Origin: Octopus sinensis
Lineage: Eukaryota
DNA length: 64,000 bases
Assembly (NCBI RefSeq): GCF_006345805.1
Contig: NC_043004.1
Span: 30,256,001-30,320,000, forward strand
Reading direction: 5' to 3'
This document shows positions 52,968 to 64,000 of the stretch, in pieces. Each line of letters begins with the position of its first letter. Position 1 is the stretch's first letter. Both the position numbers and the translations under genes were made by a program. The notes under the pieces are model-generated. The model was not told the origin of the DNA and ran no database searches. It was given only the letters and a program-made list of their open reading frames with translations.

Positions 52968-54494
52968 GAAATCAGGATGATATTTGTTAGACAGCTGATG
53001 ATGAAAATTCCTTGGTTGTGTTAAAATGGATTTTGTTCTATAGTTATGTGTCTGCTTGTTATCATTCACTGGTTTGTTTCATGGTGTGTACCTTTTAATT
53101 TGAAGTGCCTTAAGGGGATTATATATGTATTTAGGTCATTTCTGACCCTTGGTGGAGTTAGTCATAGGGTTAGATATAAAATTTTTTCTCTAGTCTGTAA
53201 TTACATTTTAGCCCATTGTATATGTATATGTATAATCATATTTTAGCCCATCATATATGTATATGTACGTACATATGTGTAAGTATATGCCCGTGACTCC
53301 TTGTCTTGGCATTGTGTGATAGTTGTAAATGAGTGTCACTGCCATACATGCAATGTCATTCATTTCATGTATTCCATGAAAACATGTCTGGTCATGGGGA
53401 AATATAAACACACTTGGAAACAAGTGAAGGTTGGTGACAGGAAAGGCATCTGGGTGTAGGAAATTTGCCTAAATTAACTCTGACTGATCTAGATATGCAT
53501 AAAAAGATGAATGTTAAAACAATGATGATAATGATAATGCAAATGCGCGCACGTGCACATACACACAAATTCCCTGAAGCAAGGATTTGAACCCCTACCC
53601 ACCAATTAAATTGTAGCGACTAAAACACAACACTTGTATTCACTCTACTATGATCCCAAGTTTTAAGTGGGACACACAAGTGGCATAACTAATATGAAAT
53701 TACTAATATTACAATATTCCCAGGCATGAACAATAGAACGAGAACAATCTACCTCCATTGTTTGACAAAAGGATTTTATTTAAAACTCCAAGAATGTTAC
53801 AGAATAAGACAGGTACTTGAAAAACGCCAGAGGGTCCAAGTGCTCAAATGTTATGATGTTATGACTATAACAACCTTGATGAGGAGGACACTTGTCTGAC
53901 TACATCAATGTGTAATAACTATTGATTCCTTATTTCAGAAATTATAGACTATAATTAAAAGAGCTTGATTCATCTAGTGGACATAAAACAAAGAGAATCC
54001 AGCAGAAGTTCAAGACAAGCTGTCTCACAGCAGTGAACATCAGAGATAATTCTGTTAACACTAGGAAAATTCATCATTAATATGCCATCTGCTGAATGCC
54101 TGTGAGACAAGAAACTTAAATTAATTGAAATTCAGTCAAATTTTAACATCATCATCACCATCATTACCACTCCCACCTCCATCACCTTCAATGTCCTCCC
54201 CTCCTACTCCTCCCCCTCTCACACCGCCCCTCTCCCCCTCCTCCTCCTCATCGTTGTCGTCGTCATCATCATCATCATCATCATCATCATCGTCGTCGTC
54301 GTCTATGTGCAATCATATATATTCTATCGTATAATAAACATATTTTGTCACATATGTACATATATACATATATACATATATATACATACTGTTATGTCGT
54401 GGGTTTGAATATTGTCTCGCCAATAATGTTATGATGACATTGTAGTGCAGACTGGGTGTAGAATAGTATTACCCAAATAAATATTTGGATATAC

Positions 54495-54877
54495 CACATA
54501 AGGGACATTAGCCATTTGAATGTGGCTAGTGACAGGGCAGGGCGGTGGGGGTGTTACTGATGCATTTAGCCCCAGGCGATCATCAACGTCACCAGATAGG
54601 CTGACACCATCACGGTGTCCTCTATCCTGCAAAGGGAGATCATTCCCCGAAGAAGCGGATGCCACATACGGACCCAGGTTTCAAGGTATTTGCCTATCGT
54701 CAATGTATGGCAGGCACCGCTCCTCGACGAACAACTTCCTGTGCAGGATATTTATATATAGATTTTCACGTAAATACATTTACTGATTTCGAAAATCTGT
54801 TCGACAGCAATTCAGTAACACCCCCACCGCCCTGCCATGTCTCTAGCCACATTCAAATGGCTAATGTCCCTTATGTG
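54495..54877. mobile_element. MITE-like element with 66-bp GC-rich TIRs
   Basis: 54495-54560 (cacataagggacattagccatttgaatgtggctag...gtgttactga) versus 54812-54877, two mismatches; CpG-rich interior; no clear TSD. Confidence 0.85.
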
Positions 54878-55074
54878 ATGGAGCAGTTACTGTCTATATC
54901 TCGTTTAGAGAATTATTATTGCTATTTGGATATTGTTATCTAGAATAACCTTTTACAGAATTAATATATTCACTCAGAACATTCTCTGTACTACGCCAAG
55001 TGTAGGTACAATATTAAACTAACATAGTAATTCAATACGAATGATCAATGCTGTCAAACTGTCCACTGTCAACT

Positions 55075-55525
55075 GTTTGCTGTCCACTTGACAGTTCTTT
55101 ATTTTATTGAAATGCGTTAGACCACTTTTGATTACATGGAGGTCATCAGGATCATTCCACGGCACATATAGATGTCTTGCAAACAACTTGCACATGCAAG
55201 TGCTACCAGTCAAAAGCTCCGTATACTGGAAGCCAGCAAGTGTATGGGATCATCAGGAGAGAATGCACGTCATTTCAGGGCCCACCTCTCGATGGCATCC
55301 ATGTGCACCGGCCCCCCTCATTGATATGAGGCCCCGCTTGCTAGATCAGCTGGTTATGAAGTTAAACTCAATATCCTTCTGGCCATCGCTCATCGTCTCT
55401 TTTTAACCAAATCCAGTGGTTAGCCTTCTCCACTGTAGATTGGATATCAGTCATGGTGGTATTGACTTTACGATGAGTTAGGCCTAGCGATAACAACAGT
55501 CGTCTCATGCTGTGTCCAACAAACA
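55075..55525 (-). mobile_element. HERO/NeSL-like (RLE-clade) non-LTR retrotransposon 3' end
   Basis: GHSMRRLLLSLGLTHRKVNTTMTDIQSTVEKANHWIWLKRDDE resembles the C-terminal (E)KAS.WLWL(K/R)R motif; followed by a UTR with AATAAA. Confidence 0.65.
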
Positions 55526-55530
55526 TACAC

Positions 55531-55574
<44 letters not shown>

Positions 55575-56229
55575 GGTCATTGGGTCTTACTGCATGGTCC
55601 TACTGCATGGTACCTTGGGCAAGTGTCTTCTCATAAACCCTAGGTTGACCAAAACCTTGTAAATAGATTTGCTAGATGGAAACTGAAAGAAGCTGTCATG
55701 TATATGTTATATAGATGTGTGTTTTGTTTGTGTATTCCCTTCGCTACACACTATGTGATAGTTGTAAATGAGCACCCCTTTCATACAAGCAAGGTTGTTT
55801 CCAGTCTTTCACAGAAAATATGTCTGAGATAATATTACCTTGTCTGAAGGCAGTGAGCTGGCAGAATTGTTAATACACTGAACAAAATACTTTGTGGCAT
55901 TTCGTTTGGCTTTACTTTCTGAGTTCAAATTCTGCCATGGTCAGCTTTGCTTTTCATCTTTTCTGGGTCAATAAAATAAAGTACAAGTTGAACACTGGGG
56001 TTGATCTAATTGACTTACCCCTTCCACAAAAATTCCATGCCTTGTGCCAAAATTTGAACCAATATTACTTTGTTTGGAAACAGGTGAGTGTGGGTGATAG
56101 GAATTGCATCCAGCTGCAGAAAATCTGCCTTGACAAATTATGTCTGACCCATACAAGCATGGAAATGTGTACATTAAATGATAACGATGATACATATATA
56201 TCTATATAAGTATATACACACACTCACAT

Positions 56230-56260
<31 letters not shown>

Positions 56261-56383
56261 GACATATATATCATTCTCATAGACATAAACACATACACAC
56301 ACATATATATATACATATATATATACACATGCACACATACGAATATATATATATATATTTGACACAATATCTATATCTATCTG

Positions 56384-56440
<57 letters not shown>

Positions 56441-56452
56441 ATATACATATAT

Positions 56453-56513
<61 letters not shown>

Positions 56514-56705
56514 AGTTGCTTGATGTCATAAATATTATTTTTTTCTGATCTGCTCTCTATAAAGTTTTTCTGTGGTCTTTTTATTCATAATGCAAAGCAC
56601 TATGTCCACTTTCACATTTGTACCCATTCTTTACTTCCCCTGGCACCCTCCCACCTCCTTACATTCACACACACACACACACACACATTTACAGACAAGA
56701 AAATA

Positions 56706-56920
56706 AATTTCGAAGGCAGTATAGCTGTAAAAACAACAGATAAAGATTGTTGTCAGGTGCTGTTTAGCTTAACGTTTAGAGCTCTTCATCAGTATCCAAG
56801 AGGTATGGGGTTCAATTCCCCATAGCCACCTGCTGGCAATTTCCCCATTTTCTATGGATAAATAACCCATCTTTATCTGCTGTTTTCTAAGCTATACTGC
56901 ATTTGAACTGTTTGAAATTT
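56706..56920. mobile_element. Small foldback/MITE-like element enclosing the tRNA-like sequence
   Basis: Arms gcagtatagctgtaaaaacaacagataaagat (56716-56747) and atctttatctgctgttttctaagctatactgc (56869-56900) are imperfect reverse complements. Confidence 0.6.
56756..56830 (+). pseudogene. tRNA-like cloverleaf (tRNA pseudogene or SINE head)
   Basis: D-arm TAGCTTAACGTTTAGAGC; T-arm TGGGG-TTCAATT-CCCCA (B-box GGTTCAATTCC); 5-nt variable loop AGGTA; acceptor-like GTG-CTG/TAGCCAC. Anticodon stem only 3/5 paired. Confidence 0.55.
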
Positions 56921-57000
56921 ACTATCTGTAAAGTATCAACACATTTGGCACTTCGAAAGTTTGTTTATAACATACATACATACATACATACATACATACA

Positions 57001-57031
<31 letters not shown>

Positions 57032-57579
57032 TTATACCACAAGTGACCCTCTCTTTTCAAATTGAACTCTGGCTTGTTTACCATTCACCACTCTGTCAAA
57101 GGAAAACAATGCCAAGTTAAATTCAAATTTCTTCTTCCTTGCTCTAAATTATGTCACCAAATTATCTCTCCTTATGCTTTATGCCTGTTTATACCTCTCT
57201 TCTACTATTGCACCCTACTCATACATATGTCTCTCCTCCCCACTGTCAATGTTATCATTACTACCCTACTATTAGCATCCTTGGAGCCTCACCAACTCAT
57301 GCACCCTTCCTCTGAACCCTTCCCCAAGATGTTGCCCACCTCCCTCTCCCACTTCTCCCTATCACTTACTCCAGACATTTTTGCAGATCTCTCTCCCCTT
57401 CCATTACTACCCCTGGTACCTGAAATGCAACATGGACACCTTATCACCACTGTCTATCTCCTTGGAGATGCCTCTAATTCATTCTCTCTCTCTTAAATGT
57501 GAACAACCATGTAACTTACAAGAACCTTCATTAGCCCAACCTTTTCTCTCATACCATAACACCCTATTTCTTTACTACC

Positions 57580-57798
57580 CACAAGGGGCTAAACACAGAA
57601 GGGGCAAACAAGGACTGACAAACGGATTAAGTCGATTATATTGACCCCAGTGCATAACTGGTACTTATTTAATTGACCCCGAAAGGATGAAAGGTAAAGT
57701 TGACCTTGGCAGAATTTGAACTCAGAATGTAGCGGCAGACGAAATACTGCTAAGCATTTCGCCCGACATGTTAACGTTTCTGCCAGCTCGCCGCCTTA
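57580..57798 (-). mobile_element. tRNA-derived SINE (family B), well preserved
   Basis: Minus strand: aaggcggcgagctggcagaaacgttaac...ctgagttcaaattctgcc...cctttcatcctttcggggtc...aagtaccag. Degraded relatives near 6640, 8780, 42475, 44480, 52010, 55855, 58690 and 62500. Confidence 0.75.
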
Positions 57799-59699
57799 AT
57801 ACCCATCCAATGTACAGATGCAGCACTCTCCCTCCTTGGGTTTGTTGATCTGTAAGCTGCATGTTGATCTCAATAATGCTGGTGGCGCAAAACAAAAAGC
57901 ACACAGTACACACTGTAAAATGGTTGACATTATGAAGGGCATCCAACTGTAGAAACCACACCAAAGCAGACAATGGAGCACTCAATGTGGTTCTTCAACC
58001 CACTGGATCCTTTGTTAAACCATCCGACCCATACTAGTTTGGAACATTGATGATGATGATGATGACACACACATGCATGCATGCTCAGTCATGTATACTC
58101 ACTCATCCTTATGTACACAGACACACACACTTGCATATATATATATATGTATATATAGGTAAACAGTAAAAATAATTACAGACATGGACAAGAACATGAA
58201 ACACCACAGAGACGACACAAGAACCACAGGACGGGACATTCGAAATACATACATACACAGGAGGAAAAACAGAGATCACATGTTCACACCTTCCTGTAAA
58301 GCTAAAATTGACAAGCTGTCACAATTAAATCTAAATATATAATTTAAAGCATAGAAATATGAAGGTAATAAAAGCCACTTAACAAGTCAAAGCTGGAGAG
58401 AAATAAAATTCTTTCAATATTTCTGCTTTTAACAAACCCTAACCTGGAACTGGAAAATTGGAAATGACGCCATGTCTGTTATGTCAGTTCTTGTTAAAAG
58501 TGAAATATTGCAGGAATATATTTTTCTCCAGCTTTAAGTGGTTTTTATTAATTAAGATCCAGTTCTCCATAGTGAAATGTCAAGGTACCAAGTGAATTAC
58601 AAGATTTTAATTTACAACTTTGTATATAATTGCAAAGTAAAATAGATTTTGTACTTGATGTCCTTACATGTTCCCTGCACGAGCACCAGCATATAATTGG
58701 GTGCATTTAGTCCATCTTCATCTTTTGCATCCAAATTCCACTAATGGTTGACTTTGCCTTTCATTGTTTTGGGGTTGATAAAATAAGTATCGACTGAGCA
58801 CTTGGGTCTTTATAATCAACTTACACCCTCCTCTGAACCTGCTGGCCTAGTGCCAAAATCTGAAACCAATATATATGGTTTCTTTCTCACACTGTGCAGA
58901 CACATTATATAAAGGCATACACTCATACATTGACACATTTGGTGTTGATGTTGATATGAACAAACACAAAGGTACCCACTAGTAAAGTACGCAATATATC
59001 ACATAAAGCCATATGATTTAACTGTTAAAGACGCAATATAATGTCCATTATGCATACATACATATATGTGTGTGCATGCGTATGTGTGAGTGTGTGCATG
59101 TGTGTGTGTGTGTAACTCATTATTTCTGTATGCATTCTTGATGTTGAAACTGAAACATCATATTGTATGTGCTATTTATAACTTGCTACAACCAAAGTGA
59201 TTTATCAATCAGAAGAGAATTTAGTATTGGTAAATGTTATCATGCAGTTTTATTTATCATAGATTGAATTTACAGTTATCTACAGCCGAATATACTCTCA
59301 CACTGCATCATCCTTGTAGATATTCCTGTGAGAGTGAAACGTATAATAATGGCATTTTTGAGCTCCGTAGGGAATAGCTGCCACTTCATCATTTGTTTTG
59401 AGAAGCCTACTATGATGTAAATTTATCATCATCATTGTGATCATCACCATCATCATTATCATTACCAGTATTATTGTTGCTGTTGTTATATAATTGTTCA
59501 ACATTTGATAGTTTGAGGCAAATTTCTACTGCATCACCTGCTACACCTCTGTGTTGCTGGGGTGTGTGCAGCATTGTGCGTTCTTTTCTGTTATTTGGAG
59601 TGCACAAACTCTTCCTGGTATTATATTGTATTAGTAGTATTTTTCTCATGGAGATGTGGTGCAGTCTTTTGTTGTATTACTGCTTGTAGTGTGTATTGA

Positions 59700-61250
59700 G
59701 TGTATAATGCGATGGTTATCTAGCTTGCTTGTAGAAGTTTCTTTCACTGGATAATTGCTGTATAGAGTGTACCTTGTGTTTGTGGGTTGTTGTGTTTTGG
59801 TTGTATTATAGAATTGATAGTGTCTTGTGTAGTATGTGGGTTGTTCCTAGCAAGGCTGTTTTTTGGATAGTGTGTAATATTGAGGATTCAGGTATACAAA
59901 TGTATATACATGATGAACTTTTTTCAGTTTCTGTCTACCAAATCTACTCACAAAGCTTTGGTCGGCCTGAGGCTATAGTAGAAAACATTTGCTCAAGGTG
60001 CCACACAGTAGGACTGAACCTGGAACTATATGGTCAGGAAGCAAGCTTCTTACTACTTTTTAAAAATAATTTCCACAGTACCACTCATTACAAGGATTGT
60101 TTCTGTTTTCAATGTTTCTGTAGGTGTTAAGGCTTATCATTTCTTTCATTCTTGAGGATAAAGATAGTTTTCCCATCATTGTACCAATCAGAGGTTGTTT
60201 CCAGCTTCTTTGAAAAAAAAAAAAAGGAAGTTCCTTCCTGAGTAATACAGACTCATAGGGCCAGTTTCTATGTCATATACATTCCCCCACCTGGACAGGA
60301 TGCTGGTCCATTGCAGGATTACTCATTTTTGCTACCTCAGTGGACTGGAACAATGGGAAATAAACACATGTTGCCTAGTCCAGGAATTGAAACCACAATA
60401 TTATGATCACAAGTCCAACACCTTAACCACTATGCCATGTACCTCCACCCAGCTTCTTTAGTATCTCATAAAACATCTCTGTTAGTAATTTATGTTTCTC
60501 TGTTAAATAGTGAAACCAGAAGCTTGGGATTTTATCATTTCCTGCTACGTGCCAGTTCTTTGATTTTTTATAGCATCTGTACTACTTCTTGCATTGTCAT
60601 TATCTTCACTGACTGGCACTAAATTTGTTATTTTGAGCAATTAAATCTGGGGCGATTCCTTCATTGTTCACACTTCTTCCAAGAATTACTCTACTTCTGT
60701 GATTTTTTGTTTTTCAAAGAATCATTGTTGTGCTTCATACCTACAGATTCTGTTTCAGCTGCCCTTTGATTTTAAGAATATCATTTATTTTGTTATGTAA
60801 TATTTCTATGATTAATATGTAATATTTGTATAGTATTTGTTCGGTTGCATCCTTTCATTATTAATTTCATTAAGGATTGAGAGTATCTTTTAGTTTACTT
60901 TTCTGTATGTTGTCTATCTTATTTACTTAAGTTTTTATGTTCCTAACTGAAGGAATGCTTACATCTCTTTATAACCAAAGTAGCTGATGCATAGATTATT
61001 ACATTTAAACTGGTGGTATTAATGTTTATACCTGTTTTTATTAAATCTGTGATGGTTAGGATAGAGTTTTATCCTTGGGAAGTACTTTCAGAAATATTTA
61101 TGGATATATTTTATTTCATCCTTTCTATGTAATTATTGTCAAGTTCATGAGACTTGTGTTTAGAATTACCTATTCTTAAAATTTCTTCATATTCCTTTTT
61201 ATTTATATTGTTTGTGTTCCTACATTTAATATTCTATAGATTTTCTAGGG
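59700..61250 (-). mobile_element. Fragmented R4/Dong-like LINE interrupted by younger SINEs
   Basis: In order on the minus strand: LNVIIYASATLV; AIKKSKNWHVAGNDKIPSFWFHYL (~60500-60570); DWYNDGKTIFILKNE (~60150-60210); TIQKTALLGTTHILHKTLSIL* (~59805-59870). Confidence 0.7.
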
Positions 61251-61309
61251 TTTTGTTTTGTGTTTATATTTTTATTTTGTTTTGCACATGCTAAACTTAT
61301 TATTTCCAT

Positions 61310-61745
61310 AGTTTATCATCATCATCATCATCATCGTTTAGCGTCCGTTTTCCATGCTAGCATGTGTTGGACGGTTCTACTGGGGTCTGTGAAGCCAGAA
61401 GGCTTCATCAGGCCCATTCAAAATCTGGCAGTGTTTCTACGGCCGGATGCCCTTCCTAACGCCAACCACTCCGTGAGTGTAGTGGGTGCTTTTTACGTGC
61501 CACCCGCACAGGTGCCAGACAGAGCTGGCAAACGGCCATGAACGGATGGTGCTTTTTATGTGCCACCGGCACGAGGGCCAGGCGAGGCTGGCAACGGACA
61601 TGAACGGATGGTGCTTTTTACATGCCACCAGCACGAGGCCAGTCGGGGCGGTGCTGGCAACAGTCGCGAAACGGAAGGTTCTCTTACATGCCACCGGCAC
61701 TGGTAACACATCTGCAATTTCCATTGATCGATTTCGATTCTGATC
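61310..61745 (-). mobile_element. Family-C RTE-tail element with internal ~53-bp tandem units
   Basis: Reverse complement shares head (atcaatggaaatt...accagtgccggtggc), repeat units and (GAT)n tail with 46865-47345. Confidence 0.85.
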
Positions 61746-64000
61746 TGATTTATGTTCTTGTTAATTCTACTCTGTTGTTTATTTTCATTATCTATGTATT
61801 TTTTTTATATATCATTATTTGTTTTAAAGGTCATATTTAGGTGCCTGATATTCTTTTGGCTTTGAACATGTATCTTTTAGGAATCTGTTGGGATTTAGAA
61901 TAGGGTTGTTTCCTCTCAAAAGCTTATGTATGAATATGGCAGTAGTTTTGTTTTTCAGGATGCTGAAATATACATATAGAATAAAAACACATCATTCTTA
62001 TGTCCATTTATATCTTTTCTGTTCTATTTGTGAGAACTGAGAATTAAAGTCTAGCTCGTTATTTAGATTGCTATCATTTTTGGTAGGTACTGGTTTAATG
62101 TTTTCTGGTAATGTCAAGTTTTACATGCTCAATTTCTTATTCTTTTTAAGTGTAAAATTCAAAGCATGTAATTTTCCTTCTAACCATGGACTAAAAATAA
62201 TTTTTAATTTGTTTTATTTATCATTTCTTTGTGTGTGTGTGTGTGTTTGGGTAGGGAAATCGGTCTGTTGCTGACATAAGTTGCACTTTGTTAGTTTGAT
62301 TCCGTGTGGTAACCAATCAGTGAACATTTGTAATAAATTAATTATAGGAGTTAAAAAGCAATAAACTTCACAAGTAATTGACTCACACAGTTATCTTTCA
62401 GTCTTATCATTATTTCTTTTGGTTTGATTCATTGATATTTAATCAATATTAAAGGATACATTGCATAACATTCATGTAATAGCATTTTATTATTGCTATA
62501 ATTATCATAGACATGGGAAAAGACAGCAAGTTGTCAGAATCATTAGCGCATTGGAAAAATGTTCCATAGCATTTCCTCTGGTTCTTTAAGTTCTGAGCTC
62601 AAATCCTGCCTAGGCCACCTTTGCCTTTATTCCTTTTGGGGTTGATGAAATAAAGTACTAGTCAAGTACTGGGGTCAAAGTTTTTGACAAACTCATTCCC
62701 CCTCATAGTTCTGGTCTTGTGTGAAAATTTAAAAAGATTATCATAGGCATGGAAGTTCTGTCCTATATGCATGCAGATTGATGCACACTTGTGCAGTAGT
62801 ATGCAGAGTTGCTGATTTATGCAATTATATGGCTATTTCTCAACCAAGTCTATCAGGAGTTTATCATGAGGAACAAAGTGTTGCTTTCTTATGTCAGGTG
62901 GCTATGACAAAAGAGGTTCTGTGGTGGACAAAATTGAAAGGACCAAGGTCAGATATTTTCCTCTTCAGCTATGTCCCTCCGAATTTCTTCAAGTTTCACC
63001 TGGAATTGAAGGTAAGTGTGGAGAGAGAGGTTCTGCTTTCCAATAACTTTTCAGGAAAATCCTGAGCTTCAGGATATGAAATTGGGCTGGAGGACAGAAA
63101 TATCAGAGAGAATTTATTCTTTGCAGTTAAGATAATCCTGAATCTATCTGGCTCCCTGATTGGCCTTAGATGCTTCATACTCTTTTGGGTTGTACAATTC
63201 CATTCCTTTACCATTTTGCTTTTCAATTCTAATTTTGTTTATAATCCATTGTATAATGCCAGCACAATTAGTCTATGTTTGACCTACAACTACATCACCG
63301 TAAAAGAGACAAATGGTGCAAAAACATATTTCATTATTAATGACCATATCTTTTCTTCATTCAAGAATCTTTTAAGATAACATATCCCCAGTGTATGCTT
63401 GTGTAGCATCAGCTATGGTGCAGTAAGCGCTCTGCACAGAGGTCATTGGCAGCAGGTGGACTTTGTGTTAAGTGGAATATGTTTCTTGAACAAGAAGTAG
63501 CAGAGAAGAGATTCTGTTGTCAAATGATGAAAAGGATTATTATCATAATCGTTGTCATTGACCTCGTCCTCTTTGTTGTCATTGTAACTATTATTGTTGT
63601 TGTTGTCATCATCATGATCATGTTCACTAGTAGCAAGAGAATTAAGAATTTTATAATTTAAGAAATAAATACTTAATGAACAGATAAAAACTGAAAAAAA
63701 TGTTTAAAAGTGTTGCAATATGGACAAATTTGCTTGTTATAAATCACTCCACATTGTTGTTTGAAAATTTATAAAAATAATATTTTTAAAATTGTATCTA
63801 GGTACTGTTGCACAATAAAAATAGTTTTCTTTTTTTACATTGAATTAAATATCAAGAAATTTAATTATTGTGAAATCATTACTCACCATCATCTATGAAC
63901 TCATAATGTCCAAGAAATCCTCGCAGACTTTTTGTATAGTCAGATTTAAAAAACATCTCTATTTTTGGTTGAATTGATATAATTGGACCAGGAATTTCTG

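Noticed and set aside
53570-53665. tRNA-like T-arm (ggggttcaaatcct) on the minus strand
   Set aside because: No acceptor-stem complementarity and poor D and anticodon arms; at best a SINE-head relic.

Overview
AT-rich, microsatellite-saturated animal genomic DNA. The (TA)n/(CA)n/(ATGT)n/(GAT)n density, tRNA-headed SINEs and RTE relics suggest a coleoid cephalopod (Octopus-like); this is pattern recognition, not a database match. I can support one host gene, on the minus strand: a secreted or cell-surface CUB-domain protein. It is assembled by eye from three phase-compatible exons (43211-43130 putative signal peptide; 25923-25735; 11273-11129) across introns of about 17.2 and 14.5 kb, and its next exon was not found in the window. 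The rest is mostly intron or intergenic transposon debris: mariner, RTE, R4/Dong-like, HERO-like and Penelope-like fragments, hAT and other MITEs, SINEs, a Helitron-like end, tandem duplications and long inverted repeats. The most notable non-coding signal is a minimal hammerhead-ribozyme fold (U4C core variant) present twice in a 481-bp tandem unit (35130-35164, 35611-35645), as expected for a Penelope pLTR or retrozyme. Also notable are a tRNA-like cloverleaf in the loop of a foldback element (56706-56920) and several near-perfect hairpins. Almost all ORFs in the supplied track are microsatellite or TE artefacts. Coordinates of degraded TEs are approximate.
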